Positions 1-10,111 of a stretch of 64,000 nucleotides of DNA are shown in pieces. Each line of letters begins with the position of its first letter. The stretch's first letter is position 1. Source of the DNA: an uncultured Alistipes sp. (GTDB lineage Bacteria; Bacteroidota; Bacteroidia; Bacteroidales; Rikenellaceae). The stretch is taken from assembly GCA_945494785.1 (NCBI GenBank), contig CALYVN010000001.1, positions 14,091 to 78,090 on the forward strand, read 5' to 3'. The translations under genes were made by a program, and so were the position numbers. The notes beneath the pieces were generated by a model. That model had not been told where the DNA came from. It saw only the letters and a program-made list of their open reading frames with translations, and did no database searches.

Positions 1-327
1 AACGCAGTAGTCAGAATCCGTGTTGACGGCATAGTGCAGGAGGAGTCGCAACTCGATGCGGTGATGGTGTTTATAGTCTCCTATCTCTGCTTTATGTTGA
101 TAGGTACGCTGTTCAATACCATGTTCGGCTTGGATATGATGACCGCATTTTCTTCGGCAGCGGCATGTATCGGTAATGTCGGTCCTGGGTTTGGCGAGGT
201 CGGCTCGCTCGATACCTATTCGCAGTTGCCGGCGGTGTTGAAATTGCAGGATACGCTGCTGATGCTTATGGGACGTTTGGAGATATTCGGATTCATTCAG
301 TTACTCTTTATAAAATGGTGGCGATAA
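1..327 (+). CDS. trkH: TrkH/KtrB-family potassium uptake permease, C-terminal end (5' part lies upstream of the window)
   Basis: Frame 1 is open from nt 1 to the stop at 325-327. The tail AAACIGNVGPGFGEVGSLDTY...LMLMGRLEIFGFIQLLF resembles the last pore-loop/TM repeat of TrkH-family proteins. Confidence 0.8.
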   Translation, partial: NAVVRIRVDGIVQEESQLDAVMVFIVSYLCFMLIGTLFNTMFGLDMMTAFSSAAACIGNVGPGFGEVGSLDTYSQLPAVLKLQDTLLMLMGRLEIFGFIQLLFIKWWR

Positions 328-1820
328 AACATATCTTATTGGCAACGTTGCTTTTGGCAACCGCGACCGTATCGGCGCAAAACGCCGGCGAGGAGTATCG
401 GGCGTTGGTGCGCAAGATGGAACAGGCTGCCATGCGGCGCGATTCGCTCGCAATCGCCATGGCCGATTTGCGCGAAAAATATCTGTCGAATGCCTCCGAC
501 CGCGATGTCATAGGCAGTCGTATAGTGGCACTCGAAAAAGAATCCTATGCGGCGAAAGCGCAATACGACCGTATTGTCGCTGCTGTTGCCGAGTACGAAC
601 AAAAGAACGGGGCCGCTATCGTCGTATTACAACCCGATGCCGAATCGGATGCAGATACGGCGAATGTTGCCGTATCGACAGACGGGGCTGTTGCCGATTT
701 GGTGTCGAACGGATTTTTTGTTCGCAACCTCCCTGCTGAAGATTACAAGGCGTTGCAGACGGCTCAATCTGCCGAACGGAGGGTTGCAAGCAATGTCGCA
801 AAATATATCGGTCTGTATAAAACCATGTCATCGCTGCATGGAGAATATATGCAGACCGATGCGGAGCAGGTGGCCGACAGCCTGATGACCCGCTTTGTGC
901 AACTGCGTACCGAAGCGGATGCCGTCGGACGTGCGATTGGAGACGCATGGCCGCAGATATACGACAACAAACTCTACTGCTACAACCTTTTGATGGAAAA
1001 AAGCGGGCATGACGATTTGCTGGCATATTCCGAACAGATTGCTGCCGATGCAGCGAAAAATATCGGTCAAAATTCGGGCGGTTATTCGTCGGATGCGCTG
1101 GTGCAGTACTATCATCAAAAACGCTGCTTGGTCGACTATGAAACCAAAATTGCCGCATCGCTCGATTTGCGCAAGGCCAAAGATTCGCTTGCAGCGGTCG
1201 GCTCTGCTTTGCGCCAAGCCGACTTCCTGCTGCCTGTCATAAATTTGCCGAAACGGTATTTCATAGAGTATGAGCCTTTGAAGGTTGTGCGTCCGTCGTT
1301 GTACAATGCCAAAAATCCGATACCGCGTACCAAAGTTTACGAGCATGGCACCATCTACCGTATCCGCATAGGCATATTCCGCATGACTCCCAATATGTCG
1401 GCTTGGCGGGGTATTACGCCGCTCTCCTATTCCGATGCCTACAACAATGGTTTGAAGGCCTATTTCGTGGGAGGATTCCGCACGGAGCAGGAGGCTAACG
1501 AAGGCGTAAAATATCTGAAACGGATAGGATTCCGCGACCCTGTGGTGGTAATGTGGGTCGATGGCGAATATGTTTCCGACCCTGCTAAATGGGCTGCCGA
1601 ACATATCGAAAAATACAATATAGAGATATCGGGTACGACTACCATGCCGGAAGCCGTCAAAGCCGCCATCCTCGCCCGCAAATCCGATGCGTCATTCTCA
1701 AAGGCGGGTGCGATATTCGTTGTCGGGCAGTTTGCCGACAAAGCGGAAGCCGAAGATATGGCAGCGACCATTGCGGCAACCAAAGAGGCCGTAAATGTCA
1801 CAGTCGTCAAATGCAAATAA
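315..1820 (+). CDS. Secreted coiled-coil protein with two C-terminal SPOR-like repeats (hypothetical)
   Basis: 501-aa ORF with a signal peptide (LLATLLLATATVSAQN) and an Ala/Glu/Arg-rich helical N-terminal half. SPOR-like strings: YRIRIGIF...AYFVGGFRTEQEANEGVKYLKRIGF and AIFVVGQFADKAEAEDMAATI. The start overlaps the trkH stop by 13 nt. Confidence 0.6.
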   Translation: MVAIKHILLATLLLATATVSAQNAGEEYRALVRKMEQAAMRRDSLAIAMADLREKYLSNASDRDVIGSRIVALEKESYAAKAQYDRIVAAVAEYEQKNGAAIVVLQPDAESDADTANVAVSTDGAVADLVSNGFFVRNLPAEDYKALQTAQSAERRVASNVAKYIGLYKTMSSLHGEYMQTDAEQVADSLMTRFVQLRTEADAVGRAIGDAWPQIYDNKLYCYNLLMEKSGHDDLLAYSEQIAADAAKNIGQNSGGYSSDALVQYYHQKRCLVDYETKIAASLDLRKAKDSLAAVGSALRQADFLLPVINLPKRYFIEYEPLKVVRPSLYNAKNPIPRTKVYEHGTIYRIRIGIFRMTPNMSAWRGITPLSYSDAYNNGLKAYFVGGFRTEQEANEGVKYLKRIGFRDPVVVMWVDGEYVSDPAKWAAEHIEKYNIEISGTTTMPEAVKAAILARKSDASFSKAGAIFVVGQFADKAEAEDMAATIAATKEAVNVTVVKCK

Positions 1821-1841
1821 CCTTAAAACATTATATCGATT

Positions 1842-2303
1842 ATGTTCTACATTATTCTTTTAGTCCTGCTCGGTCTGCTGTTTCTGGTTGCGGAACTGCT
1901 GTTGCTCCCCGGTGTTTCGGTGGGTGCCATATTGGCATTGGTCTGCTATGGCAGTGCAATTTACATCGCTTTCGTCGATTTCGGAACAATGCCGGGCATC
2001 GTAACGCTGGTCGTCGTACTCGTGTTGTCGTTGATTGCCACCGTATTGTCGTTACGAGCCAAGACATGGCGGCGTCTGTCGTTGCAACAGGAGATTGACT
2101 CCACGAGCAACTGTCTGCCCGAGAAAGAGATTGCGATAGGCACACGCGGCGTGTCAGTATCGCGCCTCTCGCCCATGGGTAAAGTAGAGATTGCCGGCAA
2201 AGTGTACGAAGCCAAGTCGGCAGATGTCTATATCGACCAAAAGCAGACGGTGGAGGTTGTCGGTTTCGACAACTTTTCGGTTATCGTCAAGAGAGCGGAA
2301 TAA
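1842..2303 (+). CDS. NfeD-family membrane protein (short form)
   Basis: 153 aa. Two N-terminal TM helices are followed by an OB-like tail, GKVEIAGKVYEAKSADVYIDQKQTVEVVGFDNFSVIV, typical of NfeD partners of SPFH/flotillin proteins. Confidence 0.75.
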   Translation: MFYIILLVLLGLLFLVAELLLLPGVSVGAILALVCYGSAIYIAFVDFGTMPGIVTLVVVLVLSLIATVLSLRAKTWRRLSLQQEIDSTSNCLPEKEIAIGTRGVSVSRLSPMGKVEIAGKVYEAKSADVYIDQKQTVEVVGFDNFSVIVKRAE

Positions 2304-2331
2304 ATAGTTATCAACCTTAAAACCTGAACCT

Positions 2332-4977
2332 ATGAATTTTGTAAGAAAAAGTTTGAGTGTACTGTTGTTGGTGCTGTCTGCTGTGGCAGTCGGTGCAGCA
2401 CCTGTGCAGAACGAGCCGAAAGCCGATGCTTCGATGACTATAATCGACGGCAATGTACGCTTTACGGTATTGACGCCGCAACTTATCCGCATGGAGTGGA
2501 GCGAAGACGGCGTGTTCGAAGACCGAGCCACTCTTACTTTCGTAAACCGTTTGATGCCGACCGTGCCGTTCAAGGTCAGCAACAACCGTTCCCGCATTGT
2601 AATCAAGACTTCGGCCGTTACTTTGACCTATAACAAAAAGGGTTGCTTTGCACCTGATAATCTGCGAGCCGAGTTTATGCTTAACGGCAAGAAGGTCGTT
2701 TGGCATTATGGCGATAAGGATTCGTTGAATCTGATGGGTACTACGCGCACGCTAGACAAGGCCGATGGTTGGAATCTGAATAAAAAAGACCCGATTGAAC
2801 CCGGTATTCTGTCGCGTGGCGGTTGGAGCGTGGTCGATGATTCGTCGCGCCATGTCCTGACCAAAACCGATTCTCATTGGGGCGAATGGGTCGAATGCCG
2901 TCCGTCGGGCAACCGCCAAGACCTCTATCTGTTCGCTTACGGCCACGATTATCGGCAGGCTCTGCGCGATTATGTCGCTGTGGCAGGCCGCATACCGTTG
3001 CCGCCTAAATATGCGTTCGGTTATTGGTGGAGCCGTTTTTGGCAGTATTCCGACAACGAACTGCGCGATTTGGTTTCGCAGATGCGCAGCATGGATATTC
3101 CGCTTGACGTGCTTATAATCGACATGGATTGGCACGATACATGGGGACTTCGCCGCGAGAAGCCTGCCAAGGACGAATACGGCGAGCGTATCGGCTGGAC
3201 GGGTTACACTTGGAAGGAGCAACTCTTCCCTTCGCCGAAGAATCTGATGACATGGTGTCACGACAACCATATCAAAACATCGCTCAACCTTCACCCTGCT
3301 TCCGGCATTCAGCCTTACGAGAAACCTTATGCCGACTTTGTCAAGGCGTACGGTTGGACGGAGACGGGCAAAAGCGTGCCTTTCCGTATCGACGAACAGA
3401 AGTGGGCGGATGCCTACTTCGATACCGTCCTTGCCCCTATGGAGCGCGATGGCGTCGATTTCTGGTGGCTCGATTGGCAGCAGTGGAAACAGAGCAAATA
3501 TACCAAAGGTTTGAGCAATACTTTCTGGCTTAACCACACCTTTATCCGCCACATGGAACAATCCGGCAACAACCGTCCTATTCTCCATCATCGTTGGGGC
3601 GGACTAGGCTCGCATCGTTATCAGGTCGGCTTCTCGGGCGATACCTATATCTCGTGGGAGACTCTCGGATTTCTGCCTTGGTTTACAGCGACTGCTTCGA
3701 ATGTAGGTTACGGCTATTGGGGACACGACATAGGCGGCCACATGAATCGCAAGGGCGAACGAGGCAAACATACCGAGCCGGAACTCTATACTCGTTGGTT
3801 GCAATATGCAGTCTTTACTCCGATATTCAAGACCCATTGCACCAAAGACCGCAGCATAGAACGCAGGGTTTGGCAATTCCCCGACCACATGTTCTATATG
3901 CGCGATGCCATTCGTCTGCGCTATACGCTTGCTCCTTACATCTACAACGCCGCACGACAGACCTACGATACGGGTGTGTCGATGTGCCGTCCGATGTACT
4001 ACTATTATCCCGAGCAGAACGATGCATACGAAGCCAAAGAGCAATATATGTTCGGCGACGATTTGCTGATTACAGCCATAACCGCGCCTGTCGATAAGGT
4101 TACGGGGCTTGCATCGCGCAAGGTGTGGTTGCCCGAAGGCCAATGGTACGATTGCGCAACGGGAGAGATGATTGAGGGCGGCACAACTATTACTCGCAAC
4201 TATACCCTTGCCGAAAATCCTTATTACGCCAAGGCGGGCGCGATTATTCCGATGAACCCGTCGAGCGTCCAAAATCTACAAGAGACTTGCCATACGCTTG
4301 TTCTGACATTTATTCCTGGTGCCGACGGCTCGTTGTCGCTCTATGAGGACGACGGTATATCCAAAGAGTACGCCGACAAATATGCCACGACGTCAATTGC
4401 GAAAACCACCGACGGCAATACCGTTCGGGTTGTTATTGCTCCGCGTCAAGGCTCCTACGACAATGCTCCCGCATCGCGCAACTACGAATTGCGTTTCCCT
4501 GCATGCTATCCGCCAAAGAGCGTCAAAATCGATGGTACGCCGATTGCCTATGCCCGTTATGCAAAGGCAGGCGAATGGACCTACGACGGTTATACGCTTG
4601 CTCCAATCGTCAAGACATGCGACGTGGCTTGCGACAAGGAGTGTGTCGTGGAATTGGAGTTCGACGCGACGGATATGGCGGCGCAACCTTGCCTTTATGG
4701 CAAACAGGGCATATTCAACCGTTTGGTCGTGCTGACACCGGAATTCAAACAGGACTTTGCCGTCAATTACGACGCCTACCAAATGTTGCCGGACGAGTAT
4801 CTGAACGTATCGCAGACACCGAATTTCATCACCGAGTATCCTGCCGAAATCGGCAAATGGCTCGACAGATACAACCAAAACATCGACAAATTCATCCCTG
4901 TTTTGATAGAGAAAAAATGTCTGTCTGACAATTTTATAGCACGCTTGAAGGCACAACTCATCGATAACAAACATTAA
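2332..4977 (+). CDS. Glycoside hydrolase family 31 protein (alpha-glycosidase), secreted
   Basis: 881 aa with a signal peptide ([15 protein letters not shown]). GH31-type motifs: [36 protein letters not shown]. Confidence 0.85.
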   Translation: MNFVRKSLSVLLLVLSAVAVGAAPVQNEPKADASMTIIDGNVRFTVLTPQLIRMEWSEDGVFEDRATLTFVNRLMPTVPFKVSNNRSRIVIKTSAVTLTYNKKGCFAPDNLRAEFMLNGKKVVWHYGDKDSLNLMGTTRTLDKADGWNLNKKDPIEPGILSRGGWSVVDDSSRHVLTKTDSHWGEWVECRPSGNRQDLYLFAYGHDYRQALRDYVAVAGRIPLPPKYAFGYWWSRFWQYSDNELRDLVSQMRSMDIPLDVLIIDMDWHDTWGLRREKPAKDEYGERIGWTGYTWKEQLFPSPKNLMTWCHDNHIKTSLNLHPASGIQPYEKPYADFVKAYGWTETGKSVPFRIDEQKWADAYFDTVLAPMERDGVDFWWLDWQQWKQSKYTKGLSNTFWLNHTFIRHMEQSGNNRPILHHRWGGLGSHRYQVGFSGDTYISWETLGFLPWFTATASNVGYGYWGHDIGGHMNRKGERGKHTEPELYTRWLQYAVFTPIFKTHCTKDRSIERRVWQFPDHMFYMRDAIRLRYTLAPYIYNAARQTYDTGVSMCRPMYYYYPEQNDAYEAKEQYMFGDDLLITAITAPVDKVTGLASRKVWLPEGQWYDCATGEMIEGGTTITRNYTLAENPYYAKAGAIIPMNPSSVQNLQETCHTLVLTFIPGADGSLSLYEDDGISKEYADKYATTSIAKTTDGNTVRVVIAPRQGSYDNAPASRNYELRFPACYPPKSVKIDGTPIAYARYAKAGEWTYDGYTLAPIVKTCDVACDKECVVELEFDATDMAAQPCLYGKQGIFNRLVVLTPEFKQDFAVNYDAYQMLPDEYLNVSQTPNFITEYPAEIGKWLDRYNQNIDKFIPVLIEKKCLSDNFIARLKAQLIDNKH

Positions 4978-4991
4978 AACCTTATACAATT

Positions 4992-5960
4992 ATGGAAGCA
5001 CCGATTCTTATCGTATTGGTCTCTGTTTTGGGACTGATTGCCGTTTGGCTGATTTTCTACTTTATTCCTGTCGGATTGTGGTTCTCGGCACTTGTCTCGG
5101 GAGTACATATCTCGCTGCTGCAACTCGTGCTGATGCGTTGGCGCAAGGTGCCGCCTACCGTTATCGTATCGTCGATGATTGAGGGTACGAAAGCGGGTCT
5201 GAAACTCAATCCCAACGAATTGGAGGCGCACTATTTGGCAGGAGGCAATGTGCGCAATGTCGTTCACGCGCTCGTCTCGGCACAGAAGGCAAGCATCATG
5301 CTCGATTTCAACATGGCAACAGCCATCGACCTCGCAGGTCGCGATGTGTTTGAAGCAGTGCAGATGTCGGTCAATCCGAAAGTCATCAACACCCCTCCCG
5401 TTGCCGCTGTCGCCAAAGACGGTATTCAACTTATAGCCAAGGCTCGTGTTACAGTACGTGCCAACATCAAACAACTCGTCGGAGGTGCGGGCGAAGAGAC
5501 TGTTTTGGCTCGTGTCGGCGAAGGTATCGTGTCGTCCATCGGCTCGGCTGCCACGCACAAAATCGTACTCGAAAACCCCGATTCGATTTCGCGTGTGGTA
5601 CTCGAAAAGGGCTTGGATGCAGGTACGGCATTCGAGATACTCTCGATTGACATCGCCGACATCGATGTAGGCAAGAACATCGGCGCACAACTCCAAATGG
5701 ACCAAGCCGATGCCGACAAGAATATTGCACAGGCCAAAGCCGAAGAGCGTCGTGCAATGGCTGTTGCACTCGAACAGGAGAACAGGGCCAAAGCGCAGGA
5801 TGCACGCGCCAAAGTGATTTTGGCAGAGGCAGAAGTGCCGCTTGCAATGGCAGAGGCATTCCGTAACGGCAATCTCGGCATAATGGACTACTACAAGATG
5901 AAGAACATTATGGCCGATACGCAGATGCGCGAAAGTATCTCGAAGCCGGAGAAAAAGTAA
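4992..5960 (+). CDS. floA: Flotillin-like protein FloA (UPF0365/YqfA family, SPFH domain)
   Basis: 322 aa. The N-terminal TM plus [25 protein letters not shown]...[15 protein letters not shown] and the Ala/Glu-rich coiled tail match FloA. Confidence 0.9.
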   Translation: MEAPILIVLVSVLGLIAVWLIFYFIPVGLWFSALVSGVHISLLQLVLMRWRKVPPTVIVSSMIEGTKAGLKLNPNELEAHYLAGGNVRNVVHALVSAQKASIMLDFNMATAIDLAGRDVFEAVQMSVNPKVINTPPVAAVAKDGIQLIAKARVTVRANIKQLVGGAGEETVLARVGEGIVSSIGSAATHKIVLENPDSISRVVLEKGLDAGTAFEILSIDIADIDVGKNIGAQLQMDQADADKNIAQAKAEERRAMAVALEQENRAKAQDARAKVILAEAEVPLAMAEAFRNGNLGIMDYYKMKNIMADTQMRESISKPEKK

Positions 5961-5983
5961 TCTCTGTCAAAGATTCTTTACGA

Positions 5984-6015
5984 AACAGAGCGAAATCCAC
6001 GGGTTTCGCTCTGTT
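5984..6015. terminator. Hairpin between convergent floA and dusB
   Basis: A perfect 12-bp stem, aacagagcgaaa / tttcgctctgtt, with an 8-nt loop lies between two convergent stop codons. Confidence 0.6.
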
Positions 6016-6020
6016 GCTGT

Positions 6021-7043
6021 CTAAATATCGTGGGCAAGCGATGGCGGAATGCAGGCGGCAGCATCGAAATCGCCCCAACGCTTGGCTATGGATGAGATAA
6101 CCTCTTGCAATTCGTTGGGATTGTCCGTTGTAACAAGTCTCATGCGGGTCTCCTTGAAATTGGGCAACCCTTTGAAATAGTTGGACAGATGACGGCGCAT
6201 TTCGAGCACTCCGACCCTTTCGCCCTTAATCTCTATCGATTTTGCAAGATGTTCTTTTGCTATGGCGACACGCTCTGCTACCGAAGGTTGCGGCAGCACT
6301 TCGCCGGTGGAGAGATAGTGTTTTATCTCGCGGAATATCCAAGGCCGGCCATAGGTCGCCCGACCTACCATGACGGCATCCACACCATATCTGTCGAACA
6401 TCTCTTTGGCCTTTACGCCCGAATCGATGTCGCCGTTGCCGACAATCGGAATATGTATGGCTGGGTTGTTCTTTACTTTGCCGATAAGCGTCCAATCTGC
6501 CTCGCCGCGGTAGAGTTGTGCCCGTGTGCGACCGTGGATTGTCAAAGCGGCAATGCCGACATCCTGCAGGCGCAAAGCAATCTCTTCGATGTTTTTCGAC
6601 TCGTCGTCCCAACCCAAGCGCGTTTTGACGGTTACGGGCTTATTGACTGCTTTGACTATGCGGTCGGTCATTGCGACCATCAGCGGCACATCGCGCATCA
6701 TGCCCGAACCTGCACCACGCCCTGCAATCTTTTTCATCGGACAGCCGAAATTTATGTCGATAATGTCGGGATTGGCACTCTCGGCGATGCGTGCTGCCTC
6801 GACCATCGGCTCGATTTGATTGCCGTAGATTTGAATGCCGACGGGTCGCTCGTAATCGAAAATGTTGAGTTTCGTACGCGATTTCCATGCGTCCCGAATC
6901 AGTCCGTCGGATGATATGAATTCGGTATATACCATATCGGCTCCGAATCGCTTGCACATATAGCGAAACGAAGGGTCGGTTACATCTTCCATTGGTGCAA
7001 GAAAGACTGCCCTGCTGCCGAAATCTATATCTCCGATTTTCAT
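6021..7043 (-). CDS. dusB: tRNA-dihydrouridine synthase
   Basis: 340 aa with motifs FLAPMEDVTD, INFGCPMKK and LTIHGRT. Confidence 0.9.
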   Translation of the reverse strand: MKIGDIDFGSRAVFLAPMEDVTDPSFRYMCKRFGADMVYTEFISSDGLIRDAWKSRTKLNIFDYERPVGIQIYGNQIEPMVEAARIAESANPDIIDINFGCPMKKIAGRGAGSGMMRDVPLMVAMTDRIVKAVNKPVTVKTRLGWDDESKNIEEIALRLQDVGIAALTIHGRTRAQLYRGEADWTLIGKVKNNPAIHIPIVGNGDIDSGVKAKEMFDRYGVDAVMVGRATYGRPWIFREIKHYLSTGEVLPQPSVAERVAIAKEHLAKSIEIKGERVGVLEMRRHLSNYFKGLPNFKETRMRLVTTDNPNELQEVISSIAKRWGDFDAAACIPPSLAHDI

Positions 7044-7063
7044 GGGTCGCGTTTAATCGTCGG

Positions 7064-7071
7064 CAAAGGTA
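7064..7071 (-). promoter_or_regulatory. Bacteroides-type -7 promoter box (TACCTTTG) upstream of dusB
   Basis: The plus strand reads caaaggta, matching TAnnTTTG on the minus strand, 20 nt upstream of the dusB ATG. Confidence 0.45.
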
Positions 7072-7125
7072 GCAAAATGTTGCCGTTTACACAACCATAA
7101 ATGTTTGGGAATAAGAGACCGTTGT

Positions 7126-8019
7126 CTATTTATGCTTCCAGATTTGATACGAATTGACCACATTCTGCCAAACGATGTATGCCGTTGGAGCAACGCTCGA
7201 CAGCGGATGCAGGAACGATTGTGCCATCCACACTGCCAATACCGTATTTTTTTGTCCGAGCGATTGCCCGCCTGCCGCCGTGTCGCCATAGCGTGAGCCG
7301 ATGAAGCGACCGAGTGAAAATTGTGCTATGCAGATAACCAATGCCGTTGCTGCAAGCCAAATTTCGGTTCGGCTGTTTTCGGTGCCGCTGTCGATAATGA
7401 ACGAAGTCGTTCGACCGACTATGACGATAAGCGAAATAAGCCACAAATAGAAAGATATGCGGCTGTGTTCGGCTATCCATCGACCAACAGGTGGCAGACC
7501 GAATCGGCATAATTGCCCGACGATAAACGGAGCAATCAGCAACGGAGCGACCTTTGTCAAAATCTGCCACATCGAACATTCGCCGTTGCCCGTGAAGGAT
7601 ATTATCACGGGAGCAAGCAGAGCCGTTGCGAGGTTGCAGACGAGGCTGTACGTGGCCATGGTCTCGATATTGGCTCCGAGCATGCCGCCGATGACTACCG
7701 CAGCCATGGCGATAGGTGCAAGGATGCAAATCATCGCGCCTTGTGCGATGATTTCGCCGGCAGGGAGCAGCGAAAAATATACCGCCATAGAGCCGATCAT
7801 CTGTGCAACGAGCAACCACAAATGCATCATGCTCAATCGCATTTTGCGGACATCGACACGACAAAAGGTGAAAAATAGCATGCAAAAGATAAGCAGTGGC
7901 GTTACGATATGGCCGCTCCATGCGTCGAATGCCGCAATTTGGCGACACAATAATGCTCCTATTACCATCCCGAGCGGCATAGATGCCGTGCGAAACGAGT
8001 GAGCCGAGATGTGTTTCAT
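7126..8019 (-). CDS. Bile acid:sodium symporter (BASS)-like membrane transporter
   Basis: 297 aa, polytopic (about 9 hydrophobic segments). The overall pattern resembles SBF/BASS-family transporters, judged by eye only. Confidence 0.55.
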   Translation of the reverse strand: MKHISAHSFRTASMPLGMVIGALLCRQIAAFDAWSGHIVTPLLIFCMLFFTFCRVDVRKMRLSMMHLWLLVAQMIGSMAVYFSLLPAGEIIAQGAMICILAPIAMAAVVIGGMLGANIETMATYSLVCNLATALLAPVIISFTGNGECSMWQILTKVAPLLIAPFIVGQLCRFGLPPVGRWIAEHSRISFYLWLISLIVIVGRTTSFIIDSGTENSRTEIWLAATALVICIAQFSLGRFIGSRYGDTAAGGQSLGQKNTVLAVWMAQSFLHPLSSVAPTAYIVWQNVVNSYQIWKHK

Positions 8020-8022
8020 CGT

Positions 8023-8472
8023 CTATGCAAGCAACTGCTTAACCTTGTCGGCGACAGCCTTGCCTTCGACTTTGCCTGCCAACTCCTTCGATGCGATACC
8101 CATCACTTTGCCCATCTCCTTCATCGATGTCGCACCCGTCCGTTCGATAATCGCCTTTACCGCTTCGGTCAATTCGGCATCGCTCAACTGCTTGGGCAGA
8201 TACTCCTGCATGACGGCTACCTGACCGAGTTCCTCGTCTGCCAAATCCTGCCGATTCTGCGACTTGTACAATTCTGCCGAGTCGGTACCCTGCTTGGCGA
8301 GTTTGGAGATAATTCGGATTACATCGGCATCCGGCAGTTCATCGACAGAGGTACCTGCCGTTTTGGCCTCGATTATGAATTTCTTTATGTTGCGCAATGC
8401 GCTGAGTCTTACGGTGTCTTTTGCTTTCATGGCATCCATGATGCCTTTTGAAATCTCTTTTTCCAATGACAT
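8023..8472 (-). CDS. GatB/YqeY domain-containing protein
   Basis: 149 aa. MSLEKEISKGIMDAMKAKDTVRLSALRNIK...YLPKQLSDAELTEAVKAII is the typical YqeY sequence. Confidence 0.85.
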   Translation of the reverse strand: MSLEKEISKGIMDAMKAKDTVRLSALRNIKKFIIEAKTAGTSVDELPDADVIRIISKLAKQGTDSAELYKSQNRQDLADEELGQVAVMQEYLPKQLSDAELTEAVKAIIERTGATSMKEMGKVMGIASKELAGKVEGKAVADKVKQLLA

Positions 8473-8494
8473 ATCGCTGTGTGTTTAATGATTG

Positions 8495-10099
8495 TTATTC
8501 TATTCCGTTGAAGATATAAGGTGCATATTTGTAGCCGTTGCGGTCATATACTCTCCGCAACGCTCCGAGACGCGCTTTGAAATCGTCGTAATCCCTGCGG
8601 TCGTAAGACCAACCGACTTCGGCAAGCGCAGCCAAACGCGGCAGAAGCATGTGCTGGACATGGTCGAAATCGGCTATGTATTCAGTCCACAAATTGACCT
8701 GAACCCCCATTATGTATCGCTGCTCCTCGTCGTTCAATCCCGCATAGGGGTCGAGCGAATAGAGTTTGGCTACCGTAACGGGCTTGCGACCGTTGGCAAG
8801 CGGTTCTCCGTTGGCTGCGGTGTTGGATGTCTGATAATAGTCGATATAGCAGTGCGAATTAGGTGCCATTATGACCTTGTTGCCGAGTTTGGCTGCCGCA
8901 ATGCCGCCTTTTGTACCGCGCCACGACATTATGGTCGCACTTTTGGTAATGCCTCCCTGCAAAATCTCATCCCAACCTATTATCCGGCGACCGTGTGCAT
9001 TGAGCCATCGTTCGATGCGCTCCATAAAGTAACTCTGCAACTCCGCTTCGTCTTTAAGACCCTCGCCGGCGATTCGCTTTTGGCATAATGCACATGTCTT
9101 CCAAGCCTTTTTGGGGCATTCATCTCCGCCGATATGTATGTACTCGTATGGAAATAGTTCGATGACCTCCGCCAAAACATTCTCCAAGAACTCGAACGTA
9201 CTCTCCTTGCCCGCGCAAAATACCTCCTCGCTTATGCCCCACGTCGTGCGTACTTCGTATGGTCCGCCCGAACATCCGAGCCAAGGATAGGTCGATAAAG
9301 CGGCAACACCGTGACCGGGCATCTCAATCTCGGGGATGACATCGATGTATCTGTCCGCTGCATATTTGACGATTTCGCGCACCTCCTCTTGCGTGAATAT
9401 GCCGCCGTAAGGTTTGCCGTCGTACTCTGCCGAATGTCGATACCTGCCGATAATGGTCTCTTTGCGCATGGCTCCTATTCGGGAGAGTTCGGGGTATCGC
9501 TTTATCTCGATTCGCCAACCTTGGTCGTCGGTCAGGTGCCAATGGAATCGGTTTATTTTGTGCAGCGCGAGTATGTCGATATATTTTTTGATGTCATCCA
9601 CCGAGAAGATATGGCGGCACACGTCGAGCATTGCGCCGCGATAACCGAAAAACGGCTCGTCGTCAATTGCAACAGCGGGCAATTTCACCCCTTTGCCCAT
9701 GTGCTGCCCTGCAACCACCAACTGTTTCAGACTCTGCAATCCATAGAATACGGCTCTCGGCGAGCCTCCCGAGATTGCAATGCCCGATTTGCCGATATTC
9801 AGCGAGTATTCTTCCTCTTTCAGCGAAGCCGACAATGCAAGACGTATCGCTTTTCGTCTGTTTGCGTTCGTTATCGTAAGCGATTTGCCAACATACGTCT
9901 TCATCTCTTCGGCAAAGATGCCGGCGGCAGATGCCAAGTCGTCGCTTTCGACGACTATCGGAGTGTCGGCAGTAATGACGAACGAGCCTGCAACGACCTT
10001 TACCGATGCAGGTTTGGGAATTATCTCTATGCTGCGGTTTGCGGCATACGCATTCGCCATGACAAGCAGCGATGCAATCAAAAATACCAATCTTTTCAT
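8495..10099 (-). CDS. Beta-N-acetylhexosaminidase (GH20), secreted
   Basis: 534 aa with a signal peptide. Motifs: HWHLTDDQGWRIEIKRYPEL and IHIGGDECPK. Confidence 0.9.
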   Translation of the reverse strand: MKRLVFLIASLLVMANAYAANRSIEIIPKPASVKVVAGSFVITADTPIVVESDDLASAAGIFAEEMKTYVGKSLTITNANRRKAIRLALSASLKEEEYSLNIGKSGIAISGGSPRAVFYGLQSLKQLVVAGQHMGKGVKLPAVAIDDEPFFGYRGAMLDVCRHIFSVDDIKKYIDILALHKINRFHWHLTDDQGWRIEIKRYPELSRIGAMRKETIIGRYRHSAEYDGKPYGGIFTQEEVREIVKYAADRYIDVIPEIEMPGHGVAALSTYPWLGCSGGPYEVRTTWGISEEVFCAGKESTFEFLENVLAEVIELFPYEYIHIGGDECPKKAWKTCALCQKRIAGEGLKDEAELQSYFMERIERWLNAHGRRIIGWDEILQGGITKSATIMSWRGTKGGIAAAKLGNKVIMAPNSHCYIDYYQTSNTAANGEPLANGRKPVTVAKLYSLDPYAGLNDEEQRYIMGVQVNLWTEYIADFDHVQHMLLPRLAALAEVGWSYDRRDYDDFKARLGALRRVYDRNGYKYAPYIFNGIE

Positions 10100-10111
10100 T
10101 GAGGTAAGGTT

